The position numbers and the translations under genes were made by a program. DNA of 27,018 nt from Candidatus Eiseniibacteriota bacterium (GTDB lineage: Bacteria; Eisenbacteria; RBG-16-71-46): contig JANLOX010000329.1 in assembly GCA_031366795.1 (NCBI GenBank), positions 1 through 27,018 of the forward strand, written 5' to 3'. Positions 1 to 9,887 of the stretch are shown here, one piece after another. Under the pieces are notes generated by a model. It did no database searches. It worked only from the letters and a program-made list of their open reading frames with translations, and was not told where the DNA came from. How positions within the stretch are numbered: position 1 is the first letter of the stretch; every line of letters starts with the position of its first letter.

Positions 1-1431
1 GGCCCCGGCCCCAAGCGACTTCAGGTTGATTTGGACGTTGAGCAAAGCGCCCTCCGCTCCTGCTGCGGCTAATAACCCAGCCACTCCGGCGTCGCTGGCA
101 GCATTGGAGTTACCCAGCCTCACGGCGGTCCCGGCCAGCTCGATCACCGCCAGGCAGGCCTCGGCGGTCTCCAGGGGGACCCGGGTCGCCTCGAGATCAG
201 CCTTCACCTGGGCCGCATCGCGCGCTGCCGTCTCTTCCGCCGTCGAGGCCGGCAGCTTGCGGGCACGCAGGACCGCTTCGAATGCCTCGCTGTCACGCCG
301 CGCCAGCGCCAGCAACCGCCCGCGCAACTCATCGGCATCGTGCTTGAGCTGGCGCATCGTGTCCTCGGCCGCTGCGTATTTCTTGCGGCCGATCGTCAGG
401 TTGGCGACCATCGTCGCGAGACACGCCGCGAGTGCGCCCGTAAAGGCAGCGACCGTGCCACCGCCCGGCGTCGGCGTCGCGGCGGCGACCGAATCGAAGA
501 ACGTCGCGATCGGCACCGCTTCGCTGACCGGTGGGCGGCGCAAGCGCAATTCGAGCACCTGGTCGCGGCGAAAGTTCTCGAGCTGCAGCGAGTGTTCGGC
601 GGCATCGAGCATCGCCGACTGCGGGATCAGCCCCACCACCTCACAGCCCGCCACCGCGGCACCATGCCGCGCCGCTTCGGCGCGCACCAGGTGGAGCACC
701 CGGTGGATCGGCGTGGCCTCAGTGTTGACGAGATTCATGCTGACCTGGGCGCGGCGGCCCTCCTCGATCGAGAACCCGAGGGCGCGCACATTCTTGAGCC
801 CCCCTGATTGCTCGCGGACCGTGGCCGCCACCGCCTTCGCCACGCGCACATCACGGGTATTCAGGTTAGCGTTGAAGGCCACGAGGAAGCGCCTTGCCCC
901 TACAGCAGTTGCGCCGGCCGTGGCGTGGATCTTCAAGGGCCCGAAGTCGGGCGCCCGGTCGGCATCGCGGCCGATCGCCTCGCGCAATCCCTCGAACTGC
1001 CCACGGCGCACATCGGCGAGACTGACGCGGTTGGGACGCGATGCAGCGGCCTCGTAGAGGAACACCGGGATGCCCAACTCCTCCCCGATGCGCTTGCCAC
1101 AGCGGCGAGCCAGCTCCGCGCAGTCCTCGAGGGTGACGCCCTCGACCGGCACGAACGGGATCACATCCGTGGCGCCCATGCGCGGATGCTGGCCGCTGTG
1201 CTGCGTGAGGTCGATACGGTCGCGCGCGCAGTGGGCCGCGAGCACGGCGGCTTCAATCACCGCGTCGGGTTCGCCGGCGAACGTCACCACCGAGCGGTTG
1301 TGATCCGCGTCCATCTCGGCGTCGAGGAACACCACGCCCGTGACGCCGGAGAACGACTGCACGATGGCGTCGAGGACTTCACGGCGACGCCCCTCCGAAA
1401 AATTCGGCACGCACTCAACGATGCTGTTCAT
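1..1431 (-). CDS. ftcD: Bifunctional glutamate formimidoyltransferase / formiminotetrahydrofolate cyclodeaminase (3' end outside the window)
   Basis: Absent from the ORF track (no stop in window); translated by hand from ATG at 1431. Formiminotransferase motifs MNSIVECVPNFSEGRR, DADHNRSVVTFAG, HPRMGATDVIPFVP, AQVSMNL, then cyclodeaminase motifs ATPTPGGGTVAA and GNSNAASDAGVAGLLAAAGAEGALLNVQINL. Open for 477 codons to base 1; GGGAG upstream; follows hutI. Confidence 0.93.
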   Translation of the reverse strand, partial: MNSIVECVPNFSEGRRREVLDAIVQSFSGVTGVVFLDAEMDADHNRSVVTFAGEPDAVIEAAVLAAHCARDRIDLTQHSGQHPRMGATDVIPFVPVEGVTLEDCAELARRCGKRIGEELGIPVFLYEAAASRPNRVSLADVRRGQFEGLREAIGRDADRAPDFGPLKIHATAGATAVGARRFLVAFNANLNTRDVRVAKAVAATVREQSGGLKNVRALGFSIEEGRRAQVSMNLVNTEATPIHRVLHLVRAEAARHGAAVAGCEVVGLIPQSAMLDAAEHSLQLENFRRDQVLELRLRRPPVSEAVPIATFFDSVAAATPTPGGGTVAAFTGALAACLATMVANLTIGRKKYAAAEDTMRQLKHDADELRGRLLALARRDSEAFEAVLRARKLPASTAEETAARDAAQVKADLEATRVPLETAEACLAVIELAGTAVRLGNSNAASDAGVAGLLAAAGAEGALLNVQINLKSLGAGA

Positions 1432-1489
1432 CGACGGCGGGTCTCCCAAGTTGTGGCGCTAAGACAGCGGTATGCGGGGCAGCGATGCC

Positions 1490-2782
1490 CTACGGCCACA
1501 CTCGCCGCTCAACGATCGGCAATGCCAGATCCGCGCCGCGCATGAACACGCAGTCGGGGCGCACGGCCGGCATCCAGTACGGCAACTCTTCGAGGGTTTC
1601 GCATTCCCAGATGACGGCATCGCCGCAGGCGCCGGGATTCAGGTGGCCGACTTCCGCTTCCACTCCGAGCGCCTTGGCGGCATTCCAGGTGATGGCCAGT
1701 AGCACTTCCTCGGCCGTGAAGCGGCACAGCCGCGCCGCGAGCGCACCACATTCGAGCAGCGACTGCGCCGGTGATGAGCCGGGGTTGAAGTCGGTGGCGA
1801 TGGCGAAGCGCGCCCCGGTCCTGCGTATCATCGTGGCATCGGGCAGCGTCTGGCCCAGCGTCAAGGCCGCTGCCGGCAGCAGCACGCCGACGGTGCCCGC
1901 GCGGGCGAGCGCCCGCCAGTCATCCTCGGTGGCGGACTCGAGATGGTCCGCCGACAGCGCACCGAGTTCGGCGGCGAGCTGCGCTCCGCCGGTGCGCCCC
2001 AGTTGCTCGGCGTGCAGCTTGATCCCGAAGCCAAGCGCCTTGGCGCGCAGCAGCAAGCGGCGGCACTCCTCAACCGAAAAGGCGACATCATCACAGAATG
2101 CGTCCACCGCGGTGGCCAGCTCGCGCTGGCGGATCAACGGCAGCACCGAATCGCACAGCTCGTCGATCAGCGTCGACCTGCGGTCGCGGTATTCCTCGGG
2201 GCACGCATGCAACAACAACGCGGTCGGGTGCACGCGCACCGGCACGCGCTGGCGGGCGCCGCGCACCAGTTCGAGCAGGCGCACCTCCGCGGACGGTGTC
2301 AGCCCGTAGCCGCTCTTGACCTCGACCGTAGTGCAGCCACTCGCCCGCCAGCGCTCGATGCGGTTCGCCAGCGTTTTCTCAAGCGTGTCGGAGTTTTCAT
2401 TGCGCGTCGCCTCCACCGTCGAGCGGATACCGCCACCTTGCGCCGCGATGTCGGCGTAGCTCTCGCCCGCCAGCCGCCGCGCGAATTCGAGCGCGCGGTG
2501 CCCCGCGAACAGCATGTGGGTGTGGCAGTCGACGAGCCCCGGGGTCACCAACCGCCCGTGGGCATTGAGCGGTCGCGCATCGGGATGACGCCGCGTCAAT
2601 TCCCCGACGGGGCCCACTTCGAGCACGCGGCCGTCCTGGAACACAACGGCGCCCTTGGGCACGCGAATGATCCGCTCGCCTGATGGGTCAGACGTCACGA
2701 CCTCGGAGGTGTTGTGCAGCAGCAGGTAGGCAGCACGGCCCGCCATGGGACGGTCGAAGTCTCGCTGGGCGCCTGCGCTCAT
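1490..2782 (-). CDS. hutI: Imidazolonepropionase (amidohydrolase superfamily)
   Basis: PGLVDCHTH metal motif, SYADIAAQGGGIRSTV, TTVEVKSGYGL, KLHAEQL, SADHLE, ATDFNPGSSP; GGAGG upstream of ATG; adjacent to hutU. Confidence 0.95.
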   Translation of the reverse strand: MSAGAQRDFDRPMAGRAAYLLLHNTSEVVTSDPSGERIIRVPKGAVVFQDGRVLEVGPVGELTRRHPDARPLNAHGRLVTPGLVDCHTHMLFAGHRALEFARRLAGESYADIAAQGGGIRSTVEATRNENSDTLEKTLANRIERWRASGCTTVEVKSGYGLTPSAEVRLLELVRGARQRVPVRVHPTALLLHACPEEYRDRRSTLIDELCDSVLPLIRQRELATAVDAFCDDVAFSVEECRRLLLRAKALGFGIKLHAEQLGRTGGAQLAAELGALSADHLESATEDDWRALARAGTVGVLLPAAALTLGQTLPDATMIRRTGARFAIATDFNPGSSPAQSLLECGALAARLCRFTAEEVLLAITWNAAKALGVEAEVGHLNPGACGDAVIWECETLEELPYWMPAVRPDCVFMRGADLALPIVERRVWP

Positions 2783-2798
2783 GAGGCTCGCCTCCCGG

Positions 2799-4472
2799 TC
2801 ACATCGTCACCCCGGGCAGTTTCATGTGGGTCCGCCGCGCGTGTTCGATGGCTTCCGGGTAGCCGGCATCGGCGTGACGCATGACACCCGTTCCCGGGTC
2901 GTTCGTCAGCACGCGCTCGAGCCGCGCATCCGCATCGGCGCTGCCGTCGCACACGACGACCATGCCGGAGTGAATCGAATTGCCGATCCCCACGCCCCCG
3001 CCATGATGCACGCTGACCCACGAGGCGCCCGAAGCGACATTGAGCAGTGCATTCAACACGGGCCAGTCCGCGACCGCATCGCTGCCATCGCGCATCGCTT
3101 CGGTCTCGCGGAAGGGGGAAGCCACCGAGCCCGTGTCGAGATGGTCGCGGCCGATCACGATCGGCGCGCTCACGGCGCCTTCGCGCACCATGCGGTTGAG
3201 CCTGAGCCCCAGTCGCGCGCGCTCGCCATAGCCGAGCCAGCAGATGCGCGCCGGCAGACCCTGGAACTGCACGTGCTTCTGCGCCAGCGGAATCCAGCGA
3301 TGCAAGCGCGCGTCGTCGGGGAACTCTTCGAGGGCAGCGCGATCCGTTGCGAGAATATCATTCGGCTCACCCGAGAGCGCGGCCCAGCGGAATGGCCCCT
3401 TGCCGACGCAGAACAACGGCCGGATGTAGGCGGGCACGAATCCCGGGTAGCTGAACGCGCGCTCGTGTGTCAGCCCGCCCTTCTCGGCCTCGCCGCGCAG
3501 GTTGTTGCCATAGTCGAACACCACGGCCCCGCGCTCTTTCATGGTGAGCAGCGCTTCGACATGGCGGCGCATCGAGTCGCGCGAGCGGCGCACGTAGTCG
3601 ATCGGCTGGCTCGAACGCAACGCAGCCGCTGCCGCGAGCGTCAGCCCCGAGGGCACGTAGCCATGCAATGGATCGTGCGCCGAGGTCTGGTCCGTGGCGA
3701 TGTCCGGCGTGATGTTCTGCTCGACGAGCCACGGCAGTACCTCCGCCGCGTTGCCCACGAGCCCGACGCTAAGCGGCGCGCGGGCCGCACACGCCTCGCG
3801 CACCCACGTGAGCGCCTGCTCGCGAGAGTGCGTCATGCGGTCGCAGTAGCCGGTCTCGACCCGGCGCTGTGCGCGCGATTCGTCGACTTCGACGGCGAGG
3901 CACACGCCGCCGTTCATGGTAACCGACAACGTCTGCGCCCCGCCCATGCCACCCAGTCCCGCGGTCAGTACCCAGCGCCCTGCGAGCGAGCCATTGAAAT
4001 GGCATTCCGCGGCTTCGGCGAAGGTCTCGAACGTCCCCTGCACGATGCCCTGCGAGCCGATGTAGATCCACGAGCCGGCCGTCATCTGGCCGTACATCAT
4101 CAAGCCCTGGGCCTCGAGCTCCCAGAAGTGTTCCCACGTCGCCCACTTGGGCACCAGCAACGAGTTGGCGATCAACACGCGCGGGGCACCCGGGTGGGTG
4201 CGGAATATGCCCACCGGCTTGCCCGACTGGATCAGCAGCGTCTCGTCGTGCTCGAGTCCCCGCAGGGAGGACACGATGGCCTCGAAGGCATCCCACGAGC
4301 GCGCCGCGCGGCCCGTGCCGCCATACACGATCAGCTCATCGGGGCGCTCGGCAACTTCGGGATCGAGGTTGTTCATCAACATGCGCAGCGCTGCTTCCTG
4401 CACCCAGCCCTTGCAGGACAGCTCGTTGCCCCGCGGCGCGCGCACGCGCCTCGCGGTGGCGGGGGCCGTCAT
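2799..4472 (-). CDS. hutU: Urocanate hydratase
   Basis: [82 protein letters not shown]. Start placed at ATG 4472, which overlaps the hutH stop (ATGA). Confidence 0.97.
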   Translation of the reverse strand: MTAPATARRVRAPRGNELSCKGWVQEAALRMLMNNLDPEVAERPDELIVYGGTGRAARSWDAFEAIVSSLRGLEHDETLLIQSGKPVGIFRTHPGAPRVLIANSLLVPKWATWEHFWELEAQGLMMYGQMTAGSWIYIGSQGIVQGTFETFAEAAECHFNGSLAGRWVLTAGLGGMGGAQTLSVTMNGGVCLAVEVDESRAQRRVETGYCDRMTHSREQALTWVREACAARAPLSVGLVGNAAEVLPWLVEQNITPDIATDQTSAHDPLHGYVPSGLTLAAAAALRSSQPIDYVRRSRDSMRRHVEALLTMKERGAVVFDYGNNLRGEAEKGGLTHERAFSYPGFVPAYIRPLFCVGKGPFRWAALSGEPNDILATDRAALEEFPDDARLHRWIPLAQKHVQFQGLPARICWLGYGERARLGLRLNRMVREGAVSAPIVIGRDHLDTGSVASPFRETEAMRDGSDAVADWPVLNALLNVASGASWVSVHHGGGVGIGNSIHSGMVVVCDGSADADARLERVLTNDPGTGVMRHADAGYPEAIEHARRTHMKLPGVTM

Positions 4473-6001
4473 GGCGTCAACACTTCTTCGAACAACCTGC
4501 CCGGTTCCGCTGAGAGCACCCAGCGCGCCAGCAATTCGCACGCCTCCGTCAACGGCCTGTCCCCCTCCGGCGTGGGCACGCGGCGACGCACTTCGGCGTA
4601 CAACTGCTCCGAGCCCATGCCCGCCGTCAACGGCCGGCGGAACTCAAGGCCGCGACAGGCACACATCAACTCGAGTGCGATGACGCGCGATGCGTTGAGG
4701 ACGACCTTGCCGGCGTGACGCCCGGCGATCGGCGCCATGCTGACATGGTCCTCGATGCCGGAACCCGTGGGGATCGAATCCACGGTCGCCGGGTGGCACA
4801 GCACCTTGTTCTCGGACACGAGTGCGGCGGCGGTGTACTGCGCCATCATGTAACCGGACTCGACGCCGGGATCACCAGCGAGTGCGGCAGGCAGCTCGGA
4901 CTTCGAGGGATCGAGCAGGCGGTCGATGCGCCGCTCGCTGAGCGAAGCGATCTCGGCCACCGCGATCTTGAGCAGGTCCGCAGCCATGCCGACGGGCTGG
5001 GCGTGGAACAGGCCCGCGCTGATGATCTCGTGGGTCGCGGTGAGCACGACCGGGTTGTCGCTGACGCTTTCGATCTCGAGCGTCAACTGGCGGCCCACCC
5101 AATCGATCGCGTCCCACGACGCGCCCATCACCTGCGGCACGCAGCGCAGGCTGTAGGCGTCCTGCACCCGTCCGCAATCCGCGTGCGAGGCGACAAGCCC
5201 GCTGTCCTGCGCGAAGGCGCTCATGCGGCGTCCCGCTTCGAGCGCGCCGGGATAGGGCCGCAGCGCCAGTACATCGGCGCGCGCCGGATGGAACGAGCCG
5301 AGCAACACTTCGGTCGACAAGGCCGCGGCCCCAATGGCCGCATCCCACACGCGGCAGGCATCCGCCCAGGCGAGCACGGCGAGTGCGGTGGACAACTGCG
5401 TTCCGTTGACGAGCGCCAGTCCTTCCTTGGCCTCGAGCGTCAGCGACTGGAGCCCCGCCCCGCGCAACGCCAGCCCCGCCGGCATGCGCTGGCTCCCGAG
5501 CCACGCCTCGCCCTCACCGATCAACACGAGCGCCAGGTGCGCCAGCGGCGCCAGGTCCCCGGAGGCTCCGACCGAGCCCTCGAGCGGCACGACCGGCGTC
5601 ACGTCCGCTTCGAGCAGCGCGAGCAGGCCGTCCACGATCTCCGGCCTGCAACCGCTCGCCCCGCGCGCCAGTGAGGCGGCGCGCAGCAGCAACATGAGGC
5701 GTGACACGTCACGCGGTGCGGCAGGCCCGACACCCGCGGCATGCGAGCGCAGCAGGTTGAGTTGCAGCGTGCGCACGCGGTCCTGCGGAATGCGCTTGTC
5801 CTTCAAGTCACCGAAGCCGGTCGTCACGCCATACACAACCGCATTGTCCGCCAGCGCCTGATCGACCACCGCGCGCGAGGCGCGCATGCGGGCGCGAGCG
5901 GCATCACCCAGCACGACACGATGGGATTCCGTTCCAGCTGCCCCACGTGCGACTTCGACGACATCGTCGAGACCGAGTGGACGCTCTCCGAGGATGATCA
6001 C
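4469..6001 (-). CDS. hutH: Histidine ammonia-lyase
   Basis: [18 protein letters not shown] (HAL-type SH), [12 protein letters not shown] (MIO-forming ASG), [32 protein letters not shown] start overlaps the helicase stop (GTGA) with GGAGG upstream. Confidence 0.96.
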   Translation of the reverse strand: MIILGERPLGLDDVVEVARGAAGTESHRVVLGDAARARMRASRAVVDQALADNAVVYGVTTGFGDLKDKRIPQDRVRTLQLNLLRSHAAGVGPAAPRDVSRLMLLLRAASLARGASGCRPEIVDGLLALLEADVTPVVPLEGSVGASGDLAPLAHLALVLIGEGEAWLGSQRMPAGLALRGAGLQSLTLEAKEGLALVNGTQLSTALAVLAWADACRVWDAAIGAAALSTEVLLGSFHPARADVLALRPYPGALEAGRRMSAFAQDSGLVASHADCGRVQDAYSLRCVPQVMGASWDAIDWVGRQLTLEIESVSDNPVVLTATHEIISAGLFHAQPVGMAADLLKIAVAEIASLSERRIDRLLDPSKSELPAALAGDPGVESGYMMAQYTAAALVSENKVLCHPATVDSIPTGSGIEDHVSMAPIAGRHAGKVVLNASRVIALELMCACRGLEFRRPLTAGMGSEQLYAEVRRRVPTPEGDRPLTEACELLARWVLSAEPGRLFEEVLTP

Positions 6002-8112
6002 GCGAGTTCCTCCATCGTTCCTGCTGCTTCGAAAAAGTCCGCGGCATGGTCAGCCAGCGTGCGCGCATCCGCGCAGGCCTTAGGGGCCGCCGGCAGCGCG
6101 TTCAAGAATGGCGAACGATACGATGCCGAGACGAGTCGCGGATCACACACCACCAGCACTCCACGATCGGCGGCACGCCGGATCAATCGCCCGACACCCT
6201 GCCGGAACCGCAACACCGCTTCGGGTACAGCGTCCGAGCGGAACGGATCGAGCCCCGCTTCCCGCAGCCGCTCGCCCCGCGCTTCCACGCGCGGGTCGTC
6301 CGGCACCGAGAACGGCAGCTTGGCCACCACGACGATCTCCAGTTCCGCACCCGGAAAGTCGACACCTTCCCATAGGCTCTGCACGCCGAGCAAGATTGAG
6401 CCGCGCTTCATCCGGAAGCGCTCGCTCAGCTGGCTGACCGAGCCGTCCCACTCCTGCGCGAACAGCGGCACTGAGGCATCCAGTTGCGTCATCAGCCGCT
6501 CGCGCGCCCGCTTGAGCCGCTCGTGCGCGGTGAACAGCACCAGCTGGCTGCGGCCCGTGCGCTTCGCCAGTGCGGCGACGGCCTCGCTCACCACATCCTC
6601 CTCGCGGCCGCTGGCGGTGAACACGAAGCTACGCGTCTGGCGCGGCAGGTCGAACGGCGAAGGTTGCAATGTCGTGTCATACGGAACGCCGTGTTCCTCG
6701 CCGAGCCCCAGCCGGCCGGCGGTGAAGCCGAAGTCGCCACCCGTGGTGAGCGTGGCCGAGGTGATAACGACCGAACGCGCCCGCGCCATCAAGCGCCGCG
6801 CGTACTCGCCGGCCGAAACGGGGACGCCATGCAGGCGCACGCCGCCGGTGCCTCCGGACGAGCGCCAGTAGACCCACCCCTGGTTCGCAGCCTCGCACAG
6901 ATCGAGCAGTTCGCCGCGCAGCATCGTCCACTTGGCCGACTGCTGCTCCAGCTCCGCCGAGATCTCAAGCGCCACCGGCCGCGCATCGGGCCCCGCGATA
7001 CGGTCGGCGTGGCGATGCAATCCGGCGGCGACGAAGGCGCAGTGCGCCAACACCTGCTCGAGCGGGTCGAGATCGGGCCCCAGGATCTGGTGCGCGCCCA
7101 AGTAACGTTCGCGGCGTGAATAGGGTTTTGCACTCGCAGCACCCGGCTCAAGACAGGTGAACAACCTGTCTACCGCGGCGCGCACTTCAGGCAGCCGCGA
7201 CGACAGCGAATCGATGTCCTGGCCCTGTTCGTCACCCTCGGCAACGTTGGCCAACGGGGCGCGCTCGTAGATGCGCGCGCGTCCGAGCAACCCGGACGCC
7301 GAGCGCCGCGCCTTACCGCCACCCAGGGCGCGCAACAATTCCTCGAAGCGATGCCGCGACACGTTGCGTTCGAGCTGCGAGATCACCACCTCTTCGAGCC
7401 GGTGCCCTTCGTCGATCACCAGCGCATCGAACTCGGGCAGGATGCCGTCCGTCTCCGAGGCGCGCGCCAGCAGCGCGTGGTTGACCACGAGAATCTTCCC
7501 CTCGGTCGCCAGACGTCGCGCGCGCACCCACGGGCACTCGCGGCCGCGCCGGCAACTGAGCAGCGTGCAGGCATCGGGATCGGTGGCGACACTGGGGCGC
7601 AGACGGCGGAACGCCTCGGCATCGGGCGCCGGGAAGCGATCGAGATCCGCCTCGTCATCGCGCGCCGCCCAGGCACGCAAGGCTTCGAGCACGTCGTGCT
7701 CCTCCTCGCCGCGTGGCGTCGCCATGTCCATGGCGCGCGGGCAGAGGTAGTTCTGCTTACCCTTGAGCCGCACGCAGTAGACGGAGATCCCCAGCGTCTG
7801 CTGCACCGCGGGCAGGTCCCGCTCGAACAACTGGTCCTGCAGCCCCTTCGTCGCGGTCGCCACCACGATGCGGTGGCCGGAGCGCGCGGCATCGAGGATC
7901 GCCGGCAGCAGGTAGGCGAGCGACTTGCCGAGTCCGGTCGGTGCTTCCGCGAGCAGCACGCCACCGCGCTCGATGGTCTCGGCCACGCGCCCGGCGAGCG
8001 CGCGCTGGCCGGGGCGGTTCTCGAAGCCCGGCCATGCCGCGGCGAACGGTCCCTCGGGACCCAGCAACGCCAGCACGTCATCGGGCAAAGCGGGGGAACT
8101 CGGTAGGTTCAT
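5998..8112 (-). CDS. ATP-dependent DNA helicase, DinG/YoaA family with Fe-S cluster
   Basis: Q motif ENRPGQ, Walker A EAPTGLGKS, ATATKGLQDQL, KGKQNYLC plus CTLLSCRRGREC (four Cys), VVNHALL, IDEGH, TSATL, SLWEGVDFPG, KLPF, QGVGRLIRRAADRG. Start placed at ATG 8112, overlapping the upstream TAA (TAATG). Confidence 0.92.
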   Translation of the reverse strand: MNLPSSPALPDDVLALLGPEGPFAAAWPGFENRPGQRALAGRVAETIERGGVLLAEAPTGLGKSLAYLLPAILDAARSGHRIVVATATKGLQDQLFERDLPAVQQTLGISVYCVRLKGKQNYLCPRAMDMATPRGEEEHDVLEALRAWAARDDEADLDRFPAPDAEAFRRLRPSVATDPDACTLLSCRRGRECPWVRARRLATEGKILVVNHALLARASETDGILPEFDALVIDEGHRLEEVVISQLERNVSRHRFEELLRALGGGKARRSASGLLGRARIYERAPLANVAEGDEQGQDIDSLSSRLPEVRAAVDRLFTCLEPGAASAKPYSRRERYLGAHQILGPDLDPLEQVLAHCAFVAAGLHRHADRIAGPDARPVALEISAELEQQSAKWTMLRGELLDLCEAANQGWVYWRSSGGTGGVRLHGVPVSAGEYARRLMARARSVVITSATLTTGGDFGFTAGRLGLGEEHGVPYDTTLQPSPFDLPRQTRSFVFTASGREEDVVSEAVAALAKRTGRSQLVLFTAHERLKRARERLMTQLDASVPLFAQEWDGSVSQLSERFRMKRGSILLGVQSLWEGVDFPGAELEIVVVAKLPFSVPDDPRVEARGERLREAGLDPFRSDAVPEAVLRFRQGVGRLIRRAADRGVLVVCDPRLVSASYRSPFLNALPAAPKACADARTLADHAADFFEAAGTMEELA

Positions 8113-9887
8113 TAGAAGGGTGCCATGACCTGGATGTGGAGCTTGCCGCTCAGGGGCCCGAGACCGGAGGCGACACCATACGTCACGCCGACCCGCCCTG
8201 CCGAGGCGGCCAGCGACAACCCGGCTCCGTAGCCGTCGCGATTCAGCAACTGCACGCGGTCGCCCGTGAGCGTAGGCAGGCGCGTGGCGGCGATGGCGTG
8301 GTCCCAGAACAGGAATGCGTATTGCCCCCCGGGCACATACGCGCGCCATTCGAGGCGCGTCAGCGCGTAGCGGTCGACACGGAACGCCTCTTCATTGTAT
8401 CCGCGCAGACTGGCGGCGCCACCGAGGGCGTAGCGCTCGTACAGCCCGAGGATGCGTTCGCTGCCGATGCGTCCTGCCCCATGTGCCTCGAGCGAGAGAC
8501 CGGTGCGCGCTCCGAGCGGACGCAGCAGGCTCCCTCCCAATTCCGCGGCACTGCTGCGCACGCTGCGCCGCAAACCTCCCACCAACTTCTGGCGGCTGAA
8601 GCTCTGGCTCGCCTCGAGCCGCACCCCGAGCCCACGACGTGGCGACAGACGGTCGTCGAAGTGTTCATGCAGCACCGCCAACCGCGTGGTCTGGCTGGCG
8701 GCCTCGCGCACGTCCGCGATGTCCTGCACCACGCGTTCGGTCTCGAGGCCCGCCTCGAGATGTTCGTTGCCCGACAGCGCCCATCTTGCCGCGAGCCCCA
8801 GCTTCGTGCGGGTGAACAGCGTGTCGTAGGTCTGCGCCTCCAGCGACAAGTCGGCCGCGACCGGGAATCCGAACACCAACGGTTCGTGGTAACGCGCCAG
8901 CGACTGGGAGACACCCTTCCCCCGCGACTCCCAACGCACGCGCGCGGCGCGACCGGTACCCGCGAGGTTCTCGAGGTCGACGCGCGCCAATCCCACCACC
9001 CCGCCGTCGCCCTGCGAACCGAGCACGCCCTCGAACTGGTTGTAGGGACGCTCCTCCACATTCATGACCACGCGCGCCTGCTTGAAGTCACCCAGCGCTT
9101 CCGGGTCCGCCAGGGTCACGCTGCGGAACAACCCGAGTTGCTCGACACGCGCCCGTGCCGCTTCCGCCCGCGACTGCACGTAGGGCCCGCTCAAGTTTCC
9201 CGCGGCACGCTCGAGCAGCGAGGGGTTCGTCACGCGGGCACCGATGAATCGCGCGCCCGCGAACGCGATCTGCGGTCCCAGGTCCCCCGTGAGGACCAGC
9301 GCGACCCCGGCCGAATCGACATCCCAACCGCTCAGGGACACGCGCGCGTAAGGATGGCCAGACTCCGATGCCGCATCGAGTGCCGCATCCATCGCGACGG
9401 CGACGCGTGATGGCGAAGCGATGTCCCCTGCATGCAGCGCCAACGCGCGCGAGATGCTCGCGGAGTCCGCCGCCGAGTAGGCGCGCAACTGGACGCGCGT
9501 GAAGCGATGCTCGCGGCCCTCGCGCACCTCGACCTGCAACTGATCGCCCTGCCACCGGGCACTCGCGCGCGCATCGAGGTAACCACTGTCTTGCAGCCGC
9601 GCCACCAGGCGCGCGAGCCCCGCGACGAGCCGCGTGGTATCCCCCGGCGCGCGCATCGCCTCGCCCAGCAAGGCGTTGGCCTGGCGCTCCGGCAGGCGCG
9701 TGCCGCGCAGGACGAGACTCGCGCCACTGGCGGCGCCCACGAACAGCGCGAGGCACGCCACGCCCGCGAGGCATACGCACATGACGCGGGCCCGCATCAC
9801 ACGGACGCGCCCCAGCGGGTCACGCAGCGCGCGTGTTCGCGTCGCGATGGCGGGCGACGCCTGACCCAACATCCCGAGCGAGCGCAT
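8112..9887 (-). CDS. Omp85 superfamily (BamA/TamA-like) outer-membrane protein with about three POTRA domains
   Basis: Hydrophobic signal-like segment; POTRA-like segments (LQDSGYLDARA...VEVREG; SESGHPYARV; ARVEQLGLFRSV...MNVEER); barrel-start motif LENLAGTGR; loop-6 motif LGGAASLRGY; C-terminal Phe. ATG 9887 overlaps the upstream stop (TGATG); alternative start ATG 9797. Confidence 0.85.
   Translation of the reverse strand: MRSLGMLGQASPAIATRTRALRDPLGRVRVMRARVMCVCLAGVACLALFVGAASGASLVLRGTRLPERQANALLGEAMRAPGDTTRLVAGLARLVARLQDSGYLDARASARWQGDQLQVEVREGREHRFTRVQLRAYSAADSASISRALALHAGDIASPSRVAVAMDAALDAASESGHPYARVSLSGWDVDSAGVALVLTGDLGPQIAFAGARFIGARVTNPSLLERAAGNLSGPYVQSRAEAARARVEQLGLFRSVTLADPEALGDFKQARVVMNVEERPYNQFEGVLGSQGDGGVVGLARVDLENLAGTGRAARVRWESRGKGVSQSLARYHEPLVFGFPVAADLSLEAQTYDTLFTRTKLGLAARWALSGNEHLEAGLETERVVQDIADVREAASQTTRLAVLHEHFDDRLSPRRGLGVRLEASQSFSRQKLVGGLRRSVRSSAAELGGSLLRPLGARTGLSLEAHGAGRIGSERILGLYERYALGGAASLRGYNEEAFRVDRYALTRLEWRAYVPGGQYAFLFWDHAIAATRLPTLTGDRVQLLNRDGYGAGLSLAASAGRVGVTYGVASGLGPLSGKLHIQVMAPF

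Noticed and set aside
1476..1489. Small hairpin GGGCA-TCGC-TGCCC after the hutI stop
   Set aside because: 5 bp stem with no U-tract; too weak to call a terminator.
26..1545. Plus-strand ORFs 26-1057, 340-807 and 808-1545
   Set aside because: Antisense shadows of ftcD, which the track missed because its stop lies outside the window.
2745..4718. 657 aa plus-strand ORF antisense to hutU
   Set aside because: Shadow ORF of a GC-rich gene; Arg/His/Ala-rich with no recognisable motifs, while the minus strand is clearly urocanase.
5998..8112. DinG as part of type IV CRISPR or another defence system; DEGH instead of DEAH
   Set aside because: No cas genes, arrays or defence neighbours; it looks like a housekeeping YoaA-type helicase, and DEGH fits the DExH consensus.
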